From NCBI RefSeq assembly GCF_963921235.1, contig NC_086108.1, forward strand, positions 30,940,001-31,004,000: a stretch of 64,000 nucleotides of DNA, read 5' to 3'. The stretch is from Mobula hypostoma (lineage: Eukaryota). This document shows, piece after piece, positions 48,613-61,291 of this stretch; within the stretch, counting starts at the first letter, position 1, and every line of letters starts with the position of its first letter. A model generated the notes under the pieces. The model ran no database searches, was not told where the DNA came from, and saw only the letters and a list, made by a program, of their open reading frames with translations. The position numbers and the translations under genes were made by a program.

Positions 48613-49983
48613 CTGTCAGAAAAATGCCCAGAAGTGTGCGTCCCTGCCATTTCAAACTTGCCCTTCCCTATAAAAAAGACACACAAAGTCAGGTTACTGA
48701 GAGAGCTTGCTCTTCTCAAGAAAGATCTGCTTATGTACACCATGCCTCGATCAAACGATCAAAACAACTTTCAGAAGATCTTAGAAGAAGAATCGTAGAG
48801 ATGCATGAAGCTGGAAAAGGCTACAAAAGCATTTCTAAAGACCTGAGTGTTCATCAGTTCACAGTAAGAGAAACTGTCTGCAAATGGAGGAAACTCAGTA
48901 CTGTTGCTACTCTCCCTAGGGATGGGCATTCTGCAAAGATCACACCAAGAGCATAACATACATTGCCGAAGGAGGTGAAAAAGAACCCAAGGGTAACAGC
49001 AGAGGTCCTGAAGAAATCTCTAGAACTTGTTGAAATCTCTGTTCATGTGCCCACTGTAAGAAAAATACTGAACAAGAATGGTGTTCATGGAAGGACACCA
49101 CGGAAGAAACCGCTGTTCTCCAAAGCATTACTGCACGATTCAAGTTTGCAAAAGATCACCTGGATGTTCTACAACGCTTCTGGGACAATGTTCAGTGGAC
49201 AAATGAGACAAAAGTTGATCTTTTTGGCAGAAATGTACATTGCTATGTTTGGAGGAAAAAGGGCACTGCACACCAACATCGAAACCTTATCACAATTGTG
49301 AAGCATGGTGGAAGGAGCATTATGGTTTGGGGCTGCTTTGCTGTCTCACCGCCTGGACAGATTGCAATCGTTGAGGGAACAATGAATTCAAAGCTGTATC
49401 AAGACATTTTACAGGAGAGTGTCATGGTAGCAGTCCATCACCTGAAGCTTAATAGAAATTGGATAATGCAGCAAGACAATGATCTGAAAAACAGGAATAG
49501 ATTGACAACGGAATGATTTAAAAAAGACAAAAAAATGTATTTTGGAATAGACGAGTCAAAGTCTTGACCTTAATCCTATAGAAATGTTGTGGAAGAACCT
49601 GAAACAAGCAATTTATGCAAGGAAGCTTACCAACATCCCAGAGATGAAACAGTTTCGTGAGGAGGAATGGCCTAAAATTCCTCTAAACTGATATGCAGGA
49701 CTGATCAACAGTTAACAAAAGCGACTGGTTGAAATTATTGCTGTACAAGGGGTCACACCAGTTGCTGAAAGCAAAGGTTCACATAGTTTTTCCAACAAAT
49801 ACATGTAACACTGGATCATTTTTCTCAATGCATAAATTAATGTAATGTTTTTTGTGTTATTTATTTAATTGGGTTCTCTTGAATCTAGTTTTAGGACATG
49901 TGAAGATTTGATCACATTTTAGGTCATAGTTATGCAGGAATAGAGAAAATTCTACAGGGTTCACAAACTTTCTAACACCACTG
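48613..49983 (+). mobile_element. Tc1 transposon, left TIR missing, transposase pseudogene ~48742-49768
   Basis: MPRS..KQLSEDLRRRIVEMHEAGKGYKSISK, GRTPRKKPL, KHGGRSIMVWGCF, QQDND, DLNPIEMLW; right end gggttcacaaactttctaacaccactg followed by TA. Confidence 0.93.
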
Positions 49984-50669
49984 TAGTCTAAGCCAGATGT
50001 CACAGAGGAGTGTGCTGGAGCTTGATTCAAACATACATTTGGAAGCTAACCTTATACCTGCAGTTGTGGCGAAAGAGTCACTCACATCATCTGCGCTTCA
50101 GGGCCAGTTAGATGTACATTTATTTTAACTGACCTTCCAACTGTAAGTGGGAGAAAGTGAATCACTCTTTATTTTCCAGTTGTACAGAGTGTAGCATTTT
50201 TAGATGTAATCAAAAGCATGGTATAGATATTTTCCTATCAGCACAGAAACAATCGGGTAAAAGTGAATTTGTAATCAGTCATTATTGACATCACTGGCCT
50301 TGTGGTTTACCACATCAGCAATGAATCCTATTCTGTGAGACAGCAAGCTGATGTCCTGTCAGGATTGACTGCTGGCATGGTAATCTTTGCTTCTGCTCTC
50401 CTCACAAAGTGACCTTCGTGCTCTCTCTTATCACTGACGCATTTGTTGTAAAAGTAAAAAGCATTATAAGATCTCAATCCTGATTTTTAACATTAATTCT
50501 TGTTACACTCGTAGTTTTTTTTCCCTGATATCCATGGTGTACAATCTCTAAAGCCTTCCTACACAACTTAGGGTTGAACTCTACCTTGTTTCCACTTGTC
50601 AGTCTGTTTACTATAGACTGTCCAACAACTGACTGGAAGGCAGTGAGTTCATGATTCCATACCAGTGCC

Positions 50670-51105
50670 TGTACCTCATTAGAATTTTGAGGAGACTTGG
50701 TATGTCACCAAAGGTGCTGGAAATTTTTTACAGATGTATCACGAGAGCATTCTGAGCACGGAGGCTCCGATGCAGTGAATCGATAAACATCTGCAGGGGG
50801 CTTTGGCTCGGCCAGTTCCATCATTAGCACTAACCTTCCCACCAGCAAGGATATCAACAACGTGTGAAGCCTCAAAAAGGTGGCATCTACCATTGTCCAC
50901 AAGAAGCCCTTTTCTCATTAGTACCCCCAGGGAGAAGGTACAGGTGACTGAAGACACAAACTCAACGTGTTAGGAACAGCTTCTTCTCCTCCGCTTGGCA
51001 TTGCTGAATGGTCCATGTACACATGAACACTGCCTCACTATTTTGCTCTTTTCGTGCTATTTATTTTTTAATATATTTCATATTGTAATTTATATTATTT
51101 CTGTA
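50670..51105 (+). mobile_element. Old Rex1/Babar-like 3' end
   Basis: ttgaggagacttggtatgtcacca..ttttacagatgt..gagagcattctg..ttaggaacagcttctt. Confidence 0.7.
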
Positions 51106-51865
51106 TTCTGATTCTGTTTCACCGTCTTTGTTCCTACGGGATTTAAACCTCTGTGATGCTTGCTTGTATTCATAGAAAAATGAGCAAGTATTTATTTATT
51201 ATTTACCGATACAGCACAGCATTACCACTCATCACCGCAGGGCATACTGTACATTAGACAGGAGGAAGCTAATCCTTCTCCTTCAGGAACTGCAAGAAGA
51301 ACAATTTTGCAGCTGGAAATGCCATTGTTGGTGAGAACCTAACTGCGCTAGAAAGTTCTTTACTGTATGTCCTTAAAGCACAGAAGTAGGGAAATCAGCC
51401 CTTCCATTCTGTGCCAACTTCCAAAGTCTTCTCAATTACCTGATAGGTTGAAACATCTTCCCCGTAATTTATTCTCTCTCATGTGTCTATTAGGTCCAGT
51501 CTAATTCTCCCACCACCTAGCTACATTACAGCAGTCAATTTACATACCAACTCCTTTGGGATATGGGAAGAAAGCAGAATTCATGAAGGAAACCAACTCA
51601 GTCAGTGAGAGAACATGTAAACTTGATTCTAATATCAGAATCAGATTTAATATTACCTGTCATTTCTCAGTCAAGGGTCTAAGTGGTCATCCCCAGCCCC
51701 TGAATTTCCAAATACTGACCATCCTCAGTGTCCACCGCCATCCTAACATCAAACATTGTCAGTTTCTTGATGTCCCTTGGCACCATGAGCTAACACTGCC
51801 ATTCTCTTTACCTCTTTCAGCTCTATTATAAGATCATGCCTTTTGATATTTCCCCATCCATCTGT

Positions 51866-52255
51866 AGTAGAAGGTTGAGGGGGGACTTGATAGAGGTATT
51901 TAAAATTATGAGGGGGATAGATAGAGTTGATGTGGGTAGGCTTTTTCCATTGAGGGTGGGGGAGATTCAAACAAGAGGACATGAGTTGAGAGTTAAAGGG
52001 CAAAAGTTTAGGGGTAACATGAGGGGGAACTTCTTTATTGAGAGAGTGGTAGCTGTGTGGAACAAGATTCCAGCAGAAGTGGTTGAGGCAGATTCGATGT
52101 TGTCATTTAAAGTTAAATTGGATAGCTATATGGACAGGAAAGGAATGGAGGGCTATGGGCTGAGTGCAGGTCGGTTGTACTGGGTGAGAGTAAGAGTTCG
52201 GCATGGACTAGAATGGCCGAGATGGCCTGTTTCTGTGCTGTAATGTTATATAGTT
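51866..52255 (+). mobile_element. CR1 3' end
   Basis: RRLRGDLIEVFKIMRGIDRV...RGNFF.ERVVAVWN. Confidence 0.92.
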
Positions 52256-52672
52256 AGTAGAAGCCTACTATCTCAAGGCTCAATACTGCCAATAATTCTG
52301 AAACAGTCCTTGAACAGATTACCGGGAACCACGTTCCCACCTACAGATATTAGCAAAGCTTATTCATCTATGCTTGTGGTCTTATAGCACAAGACCTGGA
52401 TTGGACAACACTTAGAGGCAAATGCCTTTGCCAGATATAGCATATCTTCCCTTGCTCTTATCAAACCAATAAATATTTGTCTCCGTACCTGAACCCTAGA
52501 CTCCACCGCAATACCTCTGTAGAAACCAACCACCCTTATTTCTACTAAGTTCACCAAAATATTTCCCATTGGTGCAGAATGTCAGCAATTTTTTCCAAAG
52601 GTCCAACATTACTTGAAAAGGTCCATTCTGGCCACCTAATTTTCAGAGTGATGCAGAACTTTAGAGAAGGCT

Positions 52673-52876
52673 ATTGTTATTTTTCTCCACATCTTGTGGT
52701 GCATTGGGTGGCAGTCTTGCCATTTCTTTAGTAATTTGTCTGCTTTTTATGAGGTCGAGTTGCTTGCTCAATGCTCAACCCAGCACAGGTCGAAAGTGTG
52801 CAAGGAGCCGGCCGGATTTGAACCTGAGACCTCTTACCTCAAAGTCTGGAGTTGATGTCACCACACCACTGTCTGG
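52673..52876 (-). mobile_element. tRNA-derived SINE (non-V type)
   Basis: Reverse complement head ccagacagtggtgtggtg...aggtctcaGGTTCAAATCCggccggctcc (B box) with an A-rich tail. Confidence 0.65.
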
Positions 52877-52879
52877 TTG

Positions 52880-53330
52880 TTTAGAGAGGGTGCAGAGGAG
52901 ATTTACCAGGGTGTTGCCTGGATTAGATAGCATGTATTAAAGGGCAGGATAAGCAAAGAAGGATGAGTGGAGACTTGATAGAGTTGTACAAGATGATAAG
53001 AGCAATAAATTGAGAGCCAGGGACCTTTCCTAGGGTGGAAATGGCTAATGTGAGGGGCATAAATTTAAAGTGTTTGGAGGAAAGCACAGGGGGTATATCA
53101 GAGGTTAGTTTTCTACCAGAGAGTGGTGGTGTGTAGAACATTTTGCAAAGGGTGAATGTAGAGGCAGATAAATTAGGGGCATTTAAAAAAAATCTCTTAG
53201 AAAGACACATGGATGTTATAAAAATGGAGGGCTATGTATGAGAAAGGGTTACACTGATCTTAGAACAGGTTAAAGCTCAGCTCATCATGGGCTGAAAGAT
53301 CTTTACTGGGCTGTAATATTCAATGTTCCA
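52880..53330 (+). mobile_element. Old CR1 3' portion
   Basis: LERVQRRFTRVLPGL and downstream 3' UTR. Confidence 0.8.
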
Positions 53331-53629
53331 TATTCTATTTTGGCAACTTCCACTTCCCTTCAAGCACAACCAGAAACGAGAGCAGCTTTTACTTCAGTTC
53401 ACAGAAGTGGAAATGTTCCAGACTGCAGTAACTGTTCAGCCAGATATGAAATTCCATTCTGACACATGGACATCTTCTGTTAAGAGCCCATATGGTTTCA
53501 AAATATTACTCTGCAAAATAGGATGCATGCATGACCAAAGACTATCATTACTCTTTTTGATACTTGGAGTTTTATTGTATTTTACATTTTGGTTGAACAG
53601 ATTACAGTTATAAAAGCATAAATAAAGCC

Positions 53630-53822
53630 AAAAGAAAATCCACGGAGGCTAAAAAATCAGAAATAAAGCAGTAAGTGTTGGAGAAATTCAGGTCAGGCAG
53701 CATCTGTGGAGCGAGAAATAGATCTAAACTTTCAGGTCTGAGATCTTTAATCAGAACTGAAATATTAACAGCTTTTTTTTAAGATACTGCCTGATCTGCT
53801 GGGCATTTCCAGCATTTTCTGG
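53630..53822. mobile_element. Eroded Penelope terminal repeats in inverted arrangement
   Basis: tcaggtcaggcagcatct ... agatactgcctgatctgctgggcatttccagcattttct. Confidence 0.55.
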
Positions 53823-54039
53823 AAAATTTACAGATACAGTATATCTAGGATCTTTCAGGTTCATTTCAGAATATTGCAAGGAGCTTTGAAGCCAAGGAAG
53901 TGCTTTGGAAAGATGAAGAGTCTTGTGATGTGGGCTTGGCAACAGCCAGAATGTGGGCATTGACCTCCATACATAGCATTTTAAACATCCTGACCTCCAC
54001 ACATAGCATTTTAAATGTGATTTAATATAACAGTGCCAT

Positions 54040-55340
54040 ATAGGACACAAACTAGTTTTGTTGAGGCTATGCAGGTGTTTTATTTGAATATACCTTAGTA
54101 TTAAAGAATAAGGTAGATGATCTTGTAGTGCAAGTATGATGTTGTAGGCATCACTGAGTTGCAGCTGAAAGTAAAACATAGTAAGTTTTAGATGCTTAAT
54201 ATCCGAGGATACGCATTGTATCAAAAGACAGGAAGGTAGGCAAAGGGGGTGGGTGGCTCTGTTGGTAAAAAATAAAATCAAATCCTTAGGAACAAGTGAT
54301 ACAGGATCAGAAGAAGTAGAATCCGTGTGGGTAGATTTAAGAAACTGCAAGTGTTAAAAGACCCTTATGGGAGTTATATATGGGCCTTTGAACAGTAGAC
54401 AGGATGTGGGGTACAAATTACAATCAGAGATAAAAAAGAAAAGTAAATAGGATAATGTTACAATAGCCATAGGGGATTTCAATATGCAGGTAGATTGGGA
54501 AAATCAGGTTGGTGCAGTTCCCAAGAGATGGAATTTGTAGAATGTCTATGAAATGGATTTGCAGAGCTGCTTGTGGTTGAGTCCACTAGGTGAAAGGCAA
54601 TTCAGTATTGGCTGAACTATATTTGATTAGGGAGCTTAAGATAAAGGAACCCTTAGGAAGCACTGACCATAATATGATATTCACCCTGTAGTGCAAAGGG
54701 AGAAACTAAAGTCAGACATATTAGTATTACAATGGAGTAAAGGAAATTACAGAGGCATGAGGGAGGAACAGTTCAAAGTTGATTGGAAGGGTATACTAGC
54801 AGTGATGATGGCGAAACAGCAATGGTTAGAGTTTCTGGGAGCAATTTTGAAGGTGCAGGATAGATACTGCACATTCCAAAGATGAAGTAGTATTCTAAAG
54901 GGAGGATGCCACAACAATGGTTAACAAGGAAAGTCAAAGACTGCATAAAAGCACAACAGTGGGCATATAATATAGCAAAAATTATTGGGAAGTTAGAAGA
55001 TTGTGAAGCTTTTAAAAACCAACAGAAGGCAACTAAAAAAAGCCATCAGCACAGAAAAGATGGAACGCAAAGGTAAGTTAGCTAATAATATAAAAGAGGA
55101 TACCAGAAGTATTTTTCAGATATATAAAGAGTAAAAGAGAGGTGATCATGGATATCAGACCTTTGCAAAATAACACTGGAGAGGTCGTAACGGAGAACAA
55201 AGAAATGGCCGCTGAACTTCATAAGCATTTTGCATCATTCTTCACTGTAGAATTCACTAGCAGTGTGCTAGAAATTCGAGAATTTTGAAGTGCAGAACTG
55301 AGTGTCATTGGTATTACTAAGGGGAAGGTACTTGGGATCT
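54040..55340 (+). mobile_element. Degenerate CR1 endonuclease and linker region
   Basis: VESVWVDLRNCK, GDFNMQVDWENQ, DHNMI, KGNYRGMREE; homologous to the reverse complement of 58500-59340. Confidence 0.88.
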
Positions 55341-55899
55341 TGAATCTGATGCCTCATGCTTGCAGGGTGTAAACAATCGACTTGTCAGCTTATGTCCCAA
55401 ATAAAAATGGTCATGTTGTGTCTGCAAGGGGTGCATTTAGGACAACCAGTTGGGTCATGCACAATTTGGGGTTTCAAAGAGAATGCAGATCTGCAAATGG
55501 CATTTTGAAAATGAAAGGTAACTTTTATTATGTTCACTTACTGGTGGATTCATGCACCAACAATCAATGACTGCTGCATTTTTCTGGCAATACCATTTAA
55601 GAGTCAACATCTTAAATAATCGCTTATGAAATAGAAAGAGGATATTTGGCTCATGAAATCCATGCTTTCTGCAGACCCATCTCATTAATCCTATTGCTCT
55701 TCTTGTTATTATTAAGCTGTTCTCTCAAATATGTCCATTGGCTTCATTTTCATACCGATCATATCATGAGGAATATTTTACTATAGCTACTGGATCTAAC
55801 CGTTTATTTTCAAATGCTTTGAGTGGGAATTAACTAAGATCAAGTCCTTGATGAATTCTTCAGATATCTATAAATTATGATATGTTGTCTGGTTTCTGA

Positions 55900-56182
55900 T
55901 TGCTCCTTTCTCTGTTGCTATTTTTGGGTGACTTTGAATCAGGGCAGCCTGCAGATAATGCACACTGAGCTGAACTAAATATGGATCTTTCACTTTTGCG
56001 TTTTATCTTCTGTGCTTTCGTTCTTTTTGTTGACATTTACACAATTTTTCTGCGTGTTGGGGGGGAGTTGTGATGTTTTTCTTTGAACGGCTTTGTTTTG
56101 CGGCTGTCTGTGAGGAAGATGAGTATCTGGTTTGTAGACTGCATGCATAATTTGATAATAAATACACTTTGAATCCTTTGAT
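55900..56182 (+). mobile_element. Non-coding retroposon 3' part (same family as 37877-38312)
   Basis: ggctgtctgtgaggaagatga...tttgataataaatacactttgaatcctttga. Confidence 0.7.
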
Positions 56183-56677
56183 GTTTCTAAATTATATTAT
56201 CATTGATGGCTACCAGAGTGTATGCAAGGCTGGGAAATCAATGATGTTTATTGTTCCAACATGTCTGGAATTTTATGACTATGCTGGCTGTAGTGAGAAA
56301 TGAAAGTGGGATTTGTTAAAGACTATCTGTCTGTAGATGCTCTGATTTCACTGATAATCACATATTACAATTCAAATTGAATGGAATTTTATTGGCAATG
56401 AAATGTGATCTTTAGTAGTTAGAGAATACACATTTAGATGGCTTTATAATACAACATGTACTGACAATTTAGTTGAAATGTAACCAGATGTTAAATTGTA
56501 CTACTTTCCTGTTTCTTGCCTCACCGGCACCTGGCACAGGTAGCAATGCTGAGATCACCACCTTGGATCTCTGTCTTTTAACATAATACCTACAGTTCAC
56601 CATAAGCTTCATATGCTCCTGATATAAATCATGAAGTCTGGCTGCTCATCTTCCCCCTGAGAATGCTGTGAACTCAA

Positions 56678-57310
56678 TCCAAAGTTCAAAATAAATTTAT
56701 TATCCAAGTACATGCATGCTACCATTTACAAACCTGAGATTCGTTTTCTTGTGGGCACTCACAGTAAATACAAAAAACCCAATAAAGTCAGTGAAAGACC
56801 ACACCCAGCAAGATGGTCAAACAGCCAATGTGCAAAAGACAACAAGCTATGAAAATACAAAAAGAATGAAAAATAAATAAATGAATAAATAAACAAACAA
56901 ATAAATAAATAAATAAGCAATAAAAATCAGGAATATGAGATGAAGAGTCCTTGAAAATGATCTCATAGGATGCGAGAACAGTTTAGTGATGGGACAAGCG
57001 AAGTTGAGTTAAGTTATCCCTCTGGTTCAAGATCCTGATGGTTGAGGGGTAATAACTGTTCCTGACCCTCATGCCTGTGGGTCCTGAGACTCCAGTATCT
57101 TGCTCCTGATGGCAGCAGGGAGAAGAGTGTATTCCCTAGTTGGGGGGATGGTCCTCGATCTGGATGCTGCTTTTCTGCGACAATGCTCTGTGTAGATAAT
57201 GCTCAGTGGTTGGGAGGACTTTACACATAATGTACACATTATTTTTCGCAGGATTTTCCATTTAAGGCCAGCCTCCATACAAGGCAATTTCCATACCAGG
57301 CAACTCTCTG
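56678..57310 (-). mobile_element. Old Rex1/Babar-like 3' end and UTR
   Basis: Minus strand IYTEHCRRKAAS..; ctcctgatggcagcagggagaagag; tail caaagttcaaaataaatttattatc. Confidence 0.7.
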
Positions 57311-57749
57311 GCTGAAATGTCAACTGACATTTCCACTATAATCTGATGCCTGATCTAATGCGTTTATCCACCATTTTATGTGTGTAGCCATTAGCACAAT
57401 GGTTCTGGGTACAATTCTAAGAGGGGGAGAGTAGGGAAATGTAGTTGAAATCAGATCTAGTACAGATATTAGAATAGCATGGCTCTCTTTCACTAAGTTC
57501 AGTCCAGACTGTTGCTTTGCCTGCTTGGTTCCTGGGTTCGGGATATCTCTTCCATTAGGATTACCGAGGAATTTAGAGTGGGAGGGTTGTCACGGTTCAT
57601 ATGAGTGCCAATGTATTAGACAAAACAAAGCTGTTCTGCTGAAAGGATATAAGCAGCTAGGAATTAAATTTTAAAAAACAGAACCAGAAAGATAACCTCT
57701 GAATCACCCATTAATTGGCACTAAATCAACAAACTTAAAGAGGTAGGTC

Positions 57750-58494
57750 AATGTTATAGAAAAGTACAACACAGAAACAGGCCCTTTAACCTATCTTGTC
57801 CGTACCAAACCATTTAAGTTGCCCACTTTCATCAACCTACACTGGGACCATAGCCCTCCATACCTCAACCATCCATGCATCTATCCAAGGTCTCAAACTT
57901 TGAAATTGAGCTTGCATGCACCACTTGTGTTGGCAGCTTGTTCTCCCCTTTCACAACCCCTTGCGTGAAGTATCCCCTCATGTTCCCCTTAAACTTTTCA
58001 CCTTTCACCATTAACCCATGACCTCTGGATATAGTCCCACCCAACCTCAGTGCAAAACATCTGCTTGCATTTAGCCCATCTATACCCCTCATAATTTTGC
58101 ATATCTCTATCAAATCTGCTCTCAGTCTTCTACGTTTCAAGGAATTAAGTCCTAAACTATTCAATCTTCCGTTATAACGCAGGTCAACCAGAGCGAGCAA
58201 CATACTTGTAAATTTTCTCTGTACTCTTTTAACCTTATTTGCCACTTTCTTGTAAATTGGTGACCAAAACTGCACACAATACTCCAAGTAAGGCTTTAAC
58301 AATATATTTTTACAACTTCAACTTAACATTCCTTCTCCTGTACTCAGTACTTTGCTTTATGAAAACCAGTGTGCCAAAGGCTTTTTTAATGACCCTGTTA
58401 GCTGATGATACCACTTTCAATGAATTATGGACCTGTATTCCCAGATCCTTGTTTTCTACCACACTCCTCAGTGCTCTACTGTTCACTGTGTAAG
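57750..58494 (-). mobile_element. CR1 3' portion
   Basis: ORF 57865-58302 LEYCVQFWSP...RVQRKFT...RRLRADLIE. Confidence 0.9.
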
Positions 58495-59720
58495 TCCCTT
58501 ACTCCCCTTAGAATCTTTCTTCCTCTTTGGAATGAACTGATCCTGCACCTTCTGTATTATTCCCAGAAATACCTGCCATTGTTGTTCCACTGTCATCCCT
58601 GCTAGGGTATCTTTCCAGTCAACTTTGGCCAGCTCCTCCCTCATGGGTCCGTAGTCCCCTTTGTTCAACTGTAATACTGACATTTCTGATTTTCCCTTCT
58701 CCCTCTCAAATTGTAGATTAAAGCTTATCATATTATGGTCACTACCTTCTAATGGCTCCTTTACCTCGAGTTCCCTTATCAAATCTGGCTCATTACACAA
58801 CACTAAATCCAGAACTGCCTTCTCCCTGGTAGGCTCTAATACAAGCTGCTCTAAGAATCCATCTCTGAGGCATTCCACAAACTCCCTTTCTTGGGGTTCA
58901 GTACCAACCTGATTTTCCAGTCTACCTGCATGTTGAAATCCCCCATAACAACCATAGTATTACCTTTGTGACATGCCAAATTTAACTCTTGATTTAACTT
59001 GCACCCTATATCCAGGCTACTCTTTGGGGGCCTGTAGATAACTGCCATCAGGGTCTTTTTGCCCTTACAGTTTCTCAGTTCTATCCATACTGACTCTACA
59101 TCTTCTGATTCTATGTCCCCCCCCCACAAGTGACTGAATTTCATTCCTCACCAACAGAGCCACCCAACCCCCTCTGCCAACCTCTGTCCTTTCGATAGGA
59201 TGTATATTCCTAAATATTCATTTCCCAGCCCTTGTCTTCTTGCAGCCATGTCTCTGCTATTCCCATACTTGCCAATTTCCAACTGAGCCTCAAGCTCATC
59301 CATTTTATTTCTTACACTCCGTGCATTCATATATAATACTTTTAATCCTTTTAAAGTAATACTTTTACTCCCCTCACCTTTCACATCGATTCCTATTGCA
59401 TTTGGCCATACTCTCCGATCCCTTCCTGAGCTTTCTGCCCCGTTAATTCTGTTGTCTTTCTTAACTTTTCTTATTCTCTCTTTCCCTTTAACTCCATCCT
59501 TATATTTCCAGTTCATCCCCCCCCCACTACTTAGTTTAAACACACCCGTGTAGCAGTGACAACCTGCCTGCCAGAACTCTGGTCCCCCGTCTGTTAAAGT
59601 GCAACCCGTCCCTTCTGTACAATTCATCCTTACCCCAAAACAGATCCCAGTGGTCCAAGAATCTAAATCCCTGCCTCCCGCACCAGCTCCTCAGCCACAC
59701 ATTCAGATCCCCTATCTCCC
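58495..59720 (-). mobile_element. CR1 fragment spanning the ORF1 C-terminus (SGNH esterase-like) and the ORF2 APE endonuclease
   Basis: DLNVWLRSWCGRQGFRFLDHWDLFWGKDELYRRDGLHFN (DGLH motif); LKVLYMNARSVRNK; VIYRPP; MGDFN; LDLVL..SDH. Confidence 0.92.
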
Positions 59721-61084
59721 ACGTTCATAAAGATAACAAGGGAAGTTGAAGGATGAAATCATGCGGAACCATTCTCCTGATAGTGAGAAATAAAGAGGCC
59801 ATTAAGGGGACATACTGCTAAATCAGGGAATTCTAATGAAAGACAAAAAAAGAGCAGAATGATATGCAAAAATGGCCTGTCCTGATATACAGTATAACCT
59901 TACTTTCTTTGTACTTTAGATTTCCAGGTATATGTTTTTTTTTAATTTTCAAAACTGTATGCAATTTTTCAGATGTGATCACACCAGTGCTGTGTCAATC
60001 TGCATCAAAATGTGTTTGAATATGCTGTGCATTGTGCATGAAGACTTGATTCATGACATCACAAAGCAGTAAGGCAAATATAGTCCAAGTGTGTGGGACA
60101 CCTTACTGCCTAAGCAACCTTGAGGTTTGAGGGAGACAACCTGCTGCTGGTGCCAGGAAACAGATCAATGCATCATGTGGGTACTTCTGCGGCATGACTG
60201 CCAACAAACGATTCACTGTCGATACCAGCTGCCCACCAAACACTGCACTGGTGCCCATGGTCAACTCTGCTTTGGGTGCCATTGTGGAAGCCTCCTTTTC
60301 CCCACAAATGTCAAGAAACCTCTCAAGTTCACTATTGAACAAATTACCATGCATTGTAATCCACCAAGATGCTTTCGACATTCACACAAGATGGGGTATG
60401 TTTCCTCTATATCTTTAACATCCTCCCCATCCCTCAATGGGGCGGAGGCAGCACTTGCAGAGGCTTCCGGAAGCTTTATACATTGAGCATGATTTCCTGT
60501 GTTCTGCATGCGTTTGTGTTGTGATTGCATGAGAAAGCAGACTTTCTATCTATCTGCAGGTGGTGATGTTCCCTTCTGCCTTGTCCTTCTCAGGTTGAAG
60601 ATGTGTTGTTGGGGTGGTCTGGGAAAGTCACTGCTGTGCATTTTTAAATGGCACCCACTCTGCATCCATTGTATGCTGGTGGATGGGATGCTCGTCAAGT
60701 GTTGGAACTGATTGATCCAGCATTTCATTCCTGAATTGTGTCTTGCAGATGGTGGAATGATCTTATGGTAAGAGGAGGTCACTAACTCACCACTGGATAC
60801 CCAGCATCTCATCTACTTTTGTAACCATACTTCTACTTGACTGGTCCAGATGACTTTCTGTTCAATTTCAGACCCCAAGAATTTGACATAGGGCAACTCA
60901 GCAACAAAGATGCCATTTCTTGTCAAGAGTAGACAGATTCTCTTGTTGAATATGGTCATTGCCTGACACTACTGTGGCCTGAACATTACTCGCTGTTTAA
61001 TGGCACATGCCTGAAAATTGTCTCAATTTCACTTGGGTACAGTCTAATTTTCATTGCTTGCATTCATAAAGTGTGCCTGCCTCT

Positions 61085-61290
61085 CAACCTAAGAACAAAA
61101 GGTATTAGGAGCCGTAGTAGGACACTCATGCCTCAAGTCTACTTCAGAATTCGATATGATCACTGCAGGTCTGCCCAGGCCTCATCTCTTCTGTGCCAGT
61201 TCCCTATTGCCCTCAATTCCTCCATCTTTCAAACACTTATCTGCTTCCTCGTAAGTATTCCCAATGATCTAGCATCCACAACCAACCATT
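61085..61290 (-). mobile_element. Old CR1 3' tail
   Basis: taagaacaaaaggtattaggagccgtagtagg, an antisense CR1 terminal motif. Confidence 0.55.
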
Positions 61291-61291
61291 G

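Noticed and set aside
53961..54015. 25-bp direct repeat with 30-bp period (tgacctcca.acatagcattttaaa)
   Set aside because: A simple two-copy local duplication with no further structure
59895..59935. Possible 8-nt microexon tttag|ATTTCCAG|gtatat
   Set aside because: Not frame-preserving, weak donor, and no other support
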